NCBI GenBank assembly: GCA_003447535.1
Contig: DLYY01000011.1
Span: 41,386-94,203 of the forward strand
DNA from: Bacteroidota bacterium
GTDB taxonomy: Bacteria; Bacteroidota; Bacteroidia; Chitinophagales; UBA8649
Direction: 5' to 3'
DNA length: 52,818 nt
Position numbers and translations under genes: made by a program
The notes under the pieces: model-generated
The model's input: the letters and a program-made list of their open reading frames with translations, nothing else
Told to the model about the DNA's origin: nothing
Databases searched by the model: none
In this document: positions 45,733 through 52,818 of the stretch, piece by piece
Layout of the letters: each line of letters opens with the position of its first letter
Position numbering within the stretch: position 1 is the stretch's first letter

Positions 45733-47403
45733 TTACTCTGGCCATATATCTTCTGCCACGATATCCCATGATAATATGCCCTTCCAAAGATTAGGCCTAA
45801 GGCCAAACACGAGGCAAAACGGACCATTGATGATTTCTTCAAGGTTGCTCGGCGCATTGAAATACAAGGCATCACGTTGATTGCCCAAAGGGTCAATAAG
45901 AGTCAGGCGGTAGTGATTCCCCGAGGAACCAAGGCTTCGGATTCCCTTAGTTTTGACCGTTACACCCTCTGTGCAAAATGTAGGAGACGGGTTGCCCACA
46001 CCAAAAGGTCCAAATCGCAAAAGATTTTGGCAAAATGTAGAGCTGAGTAAAGTAAATGAAATAGCACAATCTAATCTGGTTTTTGCTAATTCGTAGGATG
46101 TATTACCAAGGCTATTATTCATAGATAAAAAGAAGGCCTCAATGGATTCTTTTTTTAAGGACATTCCTGCCGCAGCATGATGACCGCCCCAGCGGAGAAG
46201 GTGATGCTCGTTTTCCTGAATAAGGTTGTACAGATCGAGGTCCCCAGCGCTTCTTGCAGAGCCGGTGGCTTCTTTGTCTTCGCCACAGAGAACGATGGCA
46301 GGTTTTTGGGCAACCTCAACAAGTCGAGAGGCAACAAGCCCAGCCACCCCACTGTGTCCTTGTGGCAGCCATACAAGGGAGGCGTTCAGATAGGGATATT
46401 GAGGGGAATGTATCTGGGCCAACGCTTCTTTTGTCATCGATTGAGTAAGGCTTCGCCTTCTAGTGTTTTCTCTATCCAACTGGTCTACTAGACTAGCATC
46501 ATCGCCTATCAAAGCCTCTAGTGCCATATCTGCACGTTGTAACCTCCCAGCCGCATTAATCTTGGGCCCAAGGTAGAATGTGAGACTATCTTCATCAATG
46601 TAGCGATCTCCAATAAGTCGGGGGATATTTGGGGCGGAGAAGTTTCCTTGTTTCATAGCTTCAAGTCCCAGGTTGGCAAGCACGCGGTTATCTTCTTCTA
46701 GCGCAACCATATCACAGGTTATGCTTATAGCAACATAGTCGACGAAGCGAAAAATATCGAGCATTGGGTGATGGGTTTTTGCCCAATGGTGCAGCATGCC
46801 AAAAAGCACTCCGCATCCACTTAACGACTTAAATGGATATTCACAATCATTTTGCTTTGGGTTGATGTAAATCGCATTGGGAATTTCTTCTCCCACCTCG
46901 TGATGGTCGCAGATAATAACATTTATGGAATGATCACGCGCCAATTGAACACTATCAAAATCTTTTGTTCCACAATCGACGGCAATAACAAGCGATATAT
47001 TGTTTTTGATGGCGTGCTCAATGCCCCTAACAGAGATTCCATAGCCTTCTTCCCTGCGATCAGGGAAATAGGTTGTTATCAAGTCTTCGGATAGGACAAG
47101 TCTTAGCGCTTGATATAATAATGCAATGGACGATGTTCCATCGACATCATAATCCCCATATAACATAATGCGGTGGTTTGATTGTATGTGGCGCTCCAAG
47201 CAATCTGCCGCTTTATGACTGTTTTTTAACAAGGAAAAATCCCTGAGCTGATCCTTTGATGGGTTTAAATAGTGTTTTGCCTCTTCGGGGGTTTTTATGT
47301 TGCGTTGGTGCATTAGGCAGGCATAGGGGATATTCACCCCGAGTGCCTGAGATAAGGTATCGACCCCCACTTTATTGGATTCATAATAGGATTTACTGCG
47401 CAT
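45733..47403 (-). CDS. recJ: Single-stranded-DNA-specific exonuclease RecJ
   Basis: DHH motifs YGDYDVDGTSS, AVDCGT and ICDHHEV, plus the DHHA1 motif GGHHAAAG; 556 aa. Confidence 0.9.
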   Translation of the reverse strand: MRSKSYYESNKVGVDTLSQALGVNIPYACLMHQRNIKTPEEAKHYLNPSKDQLRDFSLLKNSHKAADCLERHIQSNHRIMLYGDYDVDGTSSIALLYQALRLVLSEDLITTYFPDRREEGYGISVRGIEHAIKNNISLVIAVDCGTKDFDSVQLARDHSINVIICDHHEVGEEIPNAIYINPKQNDCEYPFKSLSGCGVLFGMLHHWAKTHHPMLDIFRFVDYVAISITCDMVALEEDNRVLANLGLEAMKQGNFSAPNIPRLIGDRYIDEDSLTFYLGPKINAAGRLQRADMALEALIGDDASLVDQLDRENTRRRSLTQSMTKEALAQIHSPQYPYLNASLVWLPQGHSGVAGLVASRLVEVAQKPAIVLCGEDKEATGSARSAGDLDLYNLIQENEHHLLRWGGHHAAAGMSLKKESIEAFFLSMNNSLGNTSYELAKTRLDCAISFTLLSSTFCQNLLRFGPFGVGNPSPTFCTEGVTVKTKGIRSLGSSGNHYRLTLIDPLGNQRDALYFNAPSNLEEIINGPFCLVFGLRPNLWKGILSWDIVAEDIWPE

Positions 47404-48724
47404 GGAATGAGGTTAACAAGGATTTGCATGCGGCCATTGCTGTTGGTGTCTTCCATTCATTTGGGTTGTTAAAATCCTTTAAGAAGGCCTCGCAGCTTTT
47501 GTACATTCGGTCGCCCTCTGCAAGTGCAATGTGGTAAGGCTCATCGCTAAAGCTCACGCGTTGATATTGACCTTTAAATGCATTGGGGAAAGTGGTCAAA
47601 AGAAACTGCTCAAACTTTTTGTACAGAAGTTGCTCTTTATTGACTGTGCCATTTTTCATGTTCCAATAGTTTCTTTCTGCTAGTGTTTTTATAGCGTCGC
47701 CATCAATTTTGCGTCGGCCATAAAAGGCGGAAAAGACTTCGTCGGGGCCTTTGTAGTCGGCTGCTATTTCAGACAAAACATAGATATCTTCAAGTCCAGC
47801 ATTCATTCCTTGGCCATAAAAGGGAAGAATGGCGTGTGCCGCATCTCCCAGCAAGAGGTGTTTGCCATAATTCCACGGGCCTACAGTGACGGATTTAAGC
47901 CAAGAGGCAGGAAGATTTGTCAAGGGGGTGTCCGTTAGGGAAAATGAAGATTCTTTTCCCAGATAAAGTGATTGTACGGTGTGATGGAAATCCTTTTGGG
48001 TGGTTGTGCTATCCAGCCCGCCGATTCCATTAAGGGGCGCAAATAAGGTGCCGGCATAGTGGCCGTCGGCTTGAGGGAGAGCGATGAGCATGCTTTTGTC
48101 CCGTGGCCAAATATGTAGGGCCTGTGCTTCTTTGCTTTTAATTGGTGGGCCGTTCAGTGGTACTTCTCGATATCCGTAATTGGCCCGATCTATTGTAGAA
48201 GTAACGTGACCCAATCGCTCAAGAAGGATTCTTCCACTTGAGTGTATTCCATCACACCAAAAGATTCCGTCAAACTCGGCTTCTAGCTTATCAACTATAT
48301 TAATGTCCTCAGAATTCAACGTATTGTCATAGTGCATTTCAATAGATTTGGCCTTCTCGAGCGCATTATGAAGCATTTGGTTTAGGTCAAATCGGGACAC
48401 AGAATAAATGGCTTGGTGGGGAAGCCCATAGGGTTGGAAAAATGGTGACTCATCAGCTGAAGGATAAACTCTTCTTCCAAACATAGGGCAGCAGAGAGGC
48501 ATGATTGCATCTTTCAGTCTAAGAAGGCTAAGACTCTTAAGTCCCCGGTGACTTAAGGCAAGGTTGATGTTTCTTTTTTGAATTGTGGGTCTTTTCAAAA
48601 AGGCATGGGCACTGCGGCGCTCATAGATTGATGCCTTTGCTCCTTGGCTGTTTAACCATAGGGCCAAGGCGCTTCCTACAATTCCAGCACCAATAATGGC
48701 AAATTTTTTCCCTGCTATGCTCAT
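47393..48724 (-). CDS. kmo: FAD-dependent aromatic monooxygenase, kynurenine 3-monooxygenase-like
   Basis: FAD fingerprint FAIIGAGIVGSALA, CDGIHS and GDAAHAILPFYGQGMNAGLED. The 443-aa size and C-terminal helical extension fit bacterial KMO. The 3' end overlaps the recJ start by 11 nt. Confidence 0.65.
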   Translation of the reverse strand: MSIAGKKFAIIGAGIVGSALALWLNSQGAKASIYERRSAHAFLKRPTIQKRNINLALSHRGLKSLSLLRLKDAIMPLCCPMFGRRVYPSADESPFFQPYGLPHQAIYSVSRFDLNQMLHNALEKAKSIEMHYDNTLNSEDINIVDKLEAEFDGIFWCDGIHSSGRILLERLGHVTSTIDRANYGYREVPLNGPPIKSKEAQALHIWPRDKSMLIALPQADGHYAGTLFAPLNGIGGLDSTTTQKDFHHTVQSLYLGKESSFSLTDTPLTNLPASWLKSVTVGPWNYGKHLLLGDAAHAILPFYGQGMNAGLEDIYVLSEIAADYKGPDEVFSAFYGRRKIDGDAIKTLAERNYWNMKNGTVNKEQLLYKKFEQFLLTTFPNAFKGQYQRVSFSDEPYHIALAEGDRMYKSCEAFLKDFNNPNEWKTPTAMAACKSLLTSFHAQ

Positions 48725-48759
48725 TGTTAATGTCTATGCAATCTACAAGAAACAATACG

Positions 48760-50250
48760 TTACGAAGGTGTTGGGCGATCAAAATTGAGCGACAGGCCCA
48801 ATTCATTATTTAGCCGAACAATCTGACTGAGCAACCAAACCTTATCAAACATGGGATTGCCTTCCACATAGGTATGGATTTGACGCATTTTTTCAATGAG
48901 TTTGTCACGGTCTACATAGTCCCGCTTCCAGTCAATATCGACTAAGCGTTGGAAGGCCTTAACAAAATTCAGATAGTACTCTTTATACATTTCAGGAAGT
49001 TCTTTGTTTCGTTTAATGAAGATTTTTATGGCATTAATTAGATAGGGGAGGCTGGTTTCTTCCCTGAGGTGATAATAGGTTTGAAGCTGAGTTTTTTTTG
49101 CAGATGCAGCCATGCGTCCATCGGTAAACTCTACTCGATTTAGTGTGTCGAGGACGAGGTTGTATTTTTTTTGCGCAAAGCGAATATCGGAGAGATTTAA
49201 GAAGTAAGCATTTTCTTGCCAATTCGGGTGGATCAAATGACGATAGTCTTCAAGTATAGATTCGGCCAACTCATAGCGCTTCATTCGAATAGCGATTGTG
49301 ACCATTGATTTGTAGTGGTTGTGGTGGAGGCTGTCTTGATCGAGGATAAGCCCTTTATCAACGCCCAACAAGTAGAGATCGAGAAGCTTAGGATAATACG
49401 CCTTTTGTCCTCGGTTTACCTTAGAAATACAGAAATTGAGCATGTAGGTAAAAACCCCGCGTCTTTCCGCTTCGGTAAATACCCCCTCTAATCGCCCTAA
49501 ATGCTCTTGCATTCGATCAAAATAGACCTCATCCCCTTCCGTTAAGGACCGATAAATGGTCAAGTAAACTTCTACCGACGACGACAATCCTTGTTCTGAG
49601 TTTTCTCGTTCTAATAGGGCAACCAAGTCGTCGAGAAAGGGCCGTTTGTATTCTTTTCCCTGGATACGCTCAAGATTGAGCATTTCACAACTCTCTCTAA
49701 GCTTGAGTGAAAAATAGAAAGCATCTAATGCGTCTAACATTTCTTGCAGTGCTTTGTCGAATACACGAAGCTGTTGCTGTCCATGATGTAATCGATCTTC
49801 TTTGGCGACGAGAAAACTCTTTTGATAAAATTCTGCGTCTTGTGCTCCATGTTGGTTGAGTCGCTCTTGGAGTTTAGCCCGCTCTGAATTGTAGGCCTTA
49901 TTGGCCTTTCGTTTTCTCAGGCTTCGAACAAGATAAAGTTGAGCAAAGAAATCATCAGACTTTAGCTCCTCTTGCATGATAAAGCGCTTGAGCTCAGCAT
50001 ACAGTCCCGAATAGGTTTCTCGAAGCTTTAAGTCATTGTAGGGGGTGTCCCTGCCGAAGACAGCATGATAGATTTTGTCTTTTTTCCAATACCTTGATGT
50101 ATTCCATTGGTCATGGTGCTTTATCATGTAACTACTTAGCCTAAGGACTCGATGCTCTTTTTGATAAGAGCTTTCAACCATGCGATAAAATCGCTTAGCT
50201 TCTTGCTTTTTAAGGCTCCGGTATACATTAAAAAGCTTAGAATTTTCCAC
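48760..50250 (-). CDS. Helical-repeat (TPR-like?) cytoplasmic protein of unknown function
   Basis: 496 aa, rich in Leu/Lys/Glu/Tyr with a predicted all-alpha character and no signal peptide or TM segment. No catalytic motif recognised. Confidence 0.5.
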   Translation of the reverse strand: MENSKLFNVYRSLKKQEAKRFYRMVESSYQKEHRVLRLSSYMIKHHDQWNTSRYWKKDKIYHAVFGRDTPYNDLKLRETYSGLYAELKRFIMQEELKSDDFFAQLYLVRSLRKRKANKAYNSERAKLQERLNQHGAQDAEFYQKSFLVAKEDRLHHGQQQLRVFDKALQEMLDALDAFYFSLKLRESCEMLNLERIQGKEYKRPFLDDLVALLERENSEQGLSSSVEVYLTIYRSLTEGDEVYFDRMQEHLGRLEGVFTEAERRGVFTYMLNFCISKVNRGQKAYYPKLLDLYLLGVDKGLILDQDSLHHNHYKSMVTIAIRMKRYELAESILEDYRHLIHPNWQENAYFLNLSDIRFAQKKYNLVLDTLNRVEFTDGRMAASAKKTQLQTYYHLREETSLPYLINAIKIFIKRNKELPEMYKEYYLNFVKAFQRLVDIDWKRDYVDRDKLIEKMRQIHTYVEGNPMFDKVWLLSQIVRLNNELGLSLNFDRPTPS

Positions 50251-50380
50251 ACAAATAGTTTTATATATCGTTGAATATCAATGGAAAAATACAAAAAAAG
50301 AGGCAAATAATGCTCACAAATTTTATTATTTGTACAGCCCTGTAAGAAATAATCTTTAGCTTCTTACGTACATTGGCAAT

Positions 50381-52435
50381 ATGCGTTATTCTCTTATATC
50401 TTGTGCTAGTGTTATTCTGTGGATTTCTTCCCTGTCAACGGGAAGGGCGCAGTCAGAATATTTCGAAAATAGAATCCCCCTAGGAGGGTTTGTAGATACA
50501 GGAAATACCATTTCGGCAGGCTATTACTCTGTAGATGCTCACAATGGAAACCTTTATCCCCAAAACATACCTGGGTTAGATACCTTTGCTTTGGCAAGTT
50601 CAATAACTAATCGAGGAATTTTCTATCCAGCCCGAGCACTTGGATCGAATGCCTCTTCTGATGCGTATATTTTCTTAAGCAATCAGTCCACTCAACTGAA
50701 TTACAAAGTAGCCATTCCATCTCTTCAAACGGGAATCACAAGTTATTTGACGATATCTGGCTTGTTTTCCTATGATGAATTCTTTTACTCACAAAATAGA
50801 GACAACCTGCTTTGCCTTAGCCCAGACTCGATTAACACATTAACCTACAATAACCAAAACCAACTTTTGCCGGACCCAGTTAGCGTCTCTGTGCCTTGTT
50901 ATGACTCGGCATCTGTTAAGGCAACAGCATATAGTGCAGTAAACGACAAGGCCTACTTCTATTATTATGATACCGCCACTTTGGGATCGGTGATGCCCTA
51001 TTTGTCTTCGTTTGATGCGAATAATTTTTTCACCAATCGAGCCACTATACCCAATCCAATCTTTTTAAATCAGGCTGAAATCTTTTACCACGACTCGGTT
51101 GACAGACTTATTGGCCTAGGGCAAAAACCATCCGGGGAGGTTGTTATTTTTAGCATGGACACGTTGGGAAATCAAATATTGGAATACAATGTCCCGGTTT
51201 TGGTGCCGGCGCCTACTGTTATATCAATACCCAAATATGCAGCAGCCTTATCGACAGAGGATAATATTCTTTATTTCCAGCTTGTAACCAGTTTGGGTCA
51301 AGTTAATGAGCAAACTACACTATACAGTTACCGACTAGAAGATGTAGTTAATCGAAAACTAACAGCACAAGTAATACCGGCTACCATTAAACACCTTCAT
51401 GCTACGCCCACGGTAGATGGGCTGGTTTTTGCTGGTGACGTTAATCGAGATGGCAATGTAAACTTCGTGGACTTTTTGAGCTTTGCGCCAAGTTTTTCAG
51501 TTACTGGGGATTTACGAAGCGCGCTTGATCAAAATATTGATTGGGTAGGATATGCCTCTTCAGATTGGTTGGACACTACGATTGCTAGCCTTAACCTTAA
51601 AAATGCCGATTGCAACGGAAATGGAATAATTGATTCTGCTGATGTCCAAGCTTTTTTGCAGAACTACAGAGCAGAACACAATAGTGAAAAGTCAGCATCA
51701 GGGCAACAAAACTGTCCTTATGAATTCTATTTTGTAATGCCTGACTCAGTTTTTTTTGGCGACTCAGTAACTATAGGAATTGGTTTAGATTTGCCTTCTG
51801 AGGCGGCTTCGGGAGTTGCGTTAGAACTGAATTTGGACACGTCAACTTTAATAAATGAAGGAAGATTGACGGCCACTTTTCCGCCAAGCTGGATTGGCGA
51901 GGAGGGGGTATCTACCCTATCTATTCAGCGGAGAGATTCACTCGAGGGGCAATTGGACTTTGCCTTATCGCAGAATACAACAAGTCAAGTAGCCGGTTCA
52001 GGGGTTTTTGCTGAAATTATAATTGTTACTCCTGACGAGGTGGTCAAAAAAGCGAGTAGTCAAGAATTGCTTATTCCATTGGGCTTTCAGGAAACCTATA
52101 TACAGTTTATCAATGGCACGTTGGAATTAGGTTGTTTTCTTCCTGATACCTTGCGCGTTGTTGAAAAGCAGACGGCTACCACTCTTTCTGAGATAGGTCA
52201 TCCTGGGATCCAGGTATATCCCAACCCATCAGATAATGTATGGCAGATCAACGCCTCCCATCCATGGACAAAACTTGAGGTGGTTAACTCTTTGGGCCAG
52301 ATCTTATATCAAGAGGTAAGGAGTAATTCCATGACATCTATTCCGACGGAAGCCATACACAATGAGTTTTCAGTACTTATCCTTTATTATCCTACAACCA
52401 TAGAAACGCTGCCTTTGCTGAAATTGCATGAATGA
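50381..52435 (+). CDS. T9SS-secreted multidomain surface protein with dockerin-like Ca loops and a cohesin-like module
   Basis: Signal peptide ending GRAQS and an N-terminal domain of about 345 aa of unknown fold. Ca loops DVNRDGNVNFVD and DCNGNGIIDSAD. A cohesin-like beta-sandwich pattern (GDSVTIGIGLD...SGVALELNLD...GQLDFALS...GSGVFAEIIIV). C-terminal Por/T9SS sorting domain (IQVYPNPSDN...). Confidence 0.75.
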   Translation: MRYSLISCASVILWISSLSTGRAQSEYFENRIPLGGFVDTGNTISAGYYSVDAHNGNLYPQNIPGLDTFALASSITNRGIFYPARALGSNASSDAYIFLSNQSTQLNYKVAIPSLQTGITSYLTISGLFSYDEFFYSQNRDNLLCLSPDSINTLTYNNQNQLLPDPVSVSVPCYDSASVKATAYSAVNDKAYFYYYDTATLGSVMPYLSSFDANNFFTNRATIPNPIFLNQAEIFYHDSVDRLIGLGQKPSGEVVIFSMDTLGNQILEYNVPVLVPAPTVISIPKYAAALSTEDNILYFQLVTSLGQVNEQTTLYSYRLEDVVNRKLTAQVIPATIKHLHATPTVDGLVFAGDVNRDGNVNFVDFLSFAPSFSVTGDLRSALDQNIDWVGYASSDWLDTTIASLNLKNADCNGNGIIDSADVQAFLQNYRAEHNSEKSASGQQNCPYEFYFVMPDSVFFGDSVTIGIGLDLPSEAASGVALELNLDTSTLINEGRLTATFPPSWIGEEGVSTLSIQRRDSLEGQLDFALSQNTTSQVAGSGVFAEIIIVTPDEVVKKASSQELLIPLGFQETYIQFINGTLELGCFLPDTLRVVEKQTATTLSEIGHPGIQVYPNPSDNVWQINASHPWTKLEVVNSLGQILYQEVRSNSMTSIPTEAIHNEFSVLILYYPTTIETLPLLKLHE
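51437..51643 (+). other. Pair of dockerin/EF-hand-like calcium-binding loops inside the T9SS cargo gene
   Basis: DVNRDGNVNFVD (residues 353-364) and DCNGNGIIDSAD (residues 410-421) both fit D-x-N-x-[DN]-G-x-x-[ND]-x-x-D. Their loop starts are 57 residues apart. Confidence 0.55.
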
Positions 52436-52818
52436 CGCAAACGTCCCATAAGACTCCATTTTATGCTTGGAGTACAGTAAGTAATAGTCAGCTTTTGAGT
52501 TGGCTTGGTATTGACGAAAAGGATTTTTTTGATCAGCTTCACAATCCGCTCGAACTCGGTGAGGCCGGGCGTAAAATTCATGCGGCCTATGTTTTGGGTC
52601 GAAGAAACTTCTGGTATGCTAATGAGAGTTCTGTAATTACCTCTAGCCAATCTGCCTACATGGCGCTAAGCCCCAAGTTTGAATTGCTAGAGCAGGAAGT
52701 CTTTGTTGTGATGTACCTTAATCGGGCGCATCATATACAGGGAGTCCATGAAATCGCACGAGGAGGCATAAGCGCCGCATTGGTCGATTTGCGACTTTTG
52801 TTTAAACCAGCCATTGTA
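52432..52818 (+). CDS. radC: RadC-family JAB-domain protein, 5' part (3' end lies right of the window)
   Basis: The frame is open from ATG 52432 to the window end and is therefore absent from the ORF track. EQEVFVVMYLNRAHHIQGVHEIARGGISAALVDLRLLFKPAI matches the start of the RadC JAB domain. There is a 4-nt ATGA overlap with the previous gene. Confidence 0.7.
   Translation, partial: MTQTSHKTPFYAWSTVSNSQLLSWLGIDEKDFFDQLHNPLELGEAGRKIHAAYVLGRRNFWYANESSVITSSQSAYMALSPKFELLEQEVFVVMYLNRAHHIQGVHEIARGGISAALVDLRLLFKPAIV

Noticed and set aside
52387-52650. 87-aa minus-strand ORF at the right end of the window.
   Set aside because: It is antisense to the open-ended RadC-like frame, which has a recognisable JAB-domain sequence. 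I found no motif support for the minus-strand reading.
1-52818. Scan for CRISPR arrays, tRNA/rRNA genes, IS elements or transposases, integrases, phage genes, toxin-antitoxin pairs and known defence-system hallmarks (RT, TIR, STAND ATPases, restriction-modification, Cas).
   Set aside because: No candidates were found. All intergenic gaps are 209 nt or shorter, so no RNA gene or repeat array fits in the intergenic space. Every large ORF is either assignable to a housekeeping or envelope function or lacks nuclease- or ATPase-type defence motifs. This was an inspection by eye, not a computational search.

Overview
This window appears to be dense core chromosome from a member of the Bacteroidota, probably Flavobacteriia-like. 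Supporting evidence is a gldH gliding lipoprotein in holB-PSP1-gldH synteny, a T9SS C-terminal sorting domain, an IPExxxVDY-like protein, and almost no Shine-Dalgarno sequences upstream of start codons. I call 49 protein-coding genes: 47 complete and 2 cut by the window edges. I found no tRNA or rRNA genes, CRISPR arrays, transposases, integrases or prophage genes. Content is mostly housekeeping. It includes lptB, a polyprenyl synthase, ligA, pyk, acpP-fabF-rnc, the rplM-rpsI-rpsB-tsf-pyrH-frr block, lpdA, holB, dnaG, recJ, a thiolase, cinA, a 2-oxoacid dehydrogenase E2, idi and a kynurenine-3-monooxygenase-like flavoprotein. There is also a cell-envelope cluster: OstA-like, MlaD-like, an amidase and, divergently, an LptD-like gene. 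Gene packing is extreme, at about 97% coding with many overlapping or abutting convergent genes. I did not find a convincing new multi-gene system such as a defence island or a biosynthetic cluster. The best second-look candidates are: (1) a T9SS cargo protein carrying both dockerin-like Ca loops and a cohesin-like module, divergent from an uncharacterised 496-aa helical protein; (2) a lipoprotein/YhhN/alpha-beta hydrolase trio; (3) a very long multi-repeat OstA-like protein with an orphan MlaD in the LptD neighbourhood; (4) an orphan E2 tightly coupled to an uncharacterised 473-aa protein; (5) a GT2 fusion with a collapsed sugar-transferase-like tail; (6) a TolC/adaptor pair with no pump; (7) a plus-strand terminator-like hairpin lying between two minus-strand genes. 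All product calls come from reading motifs by eye; no database search was run.
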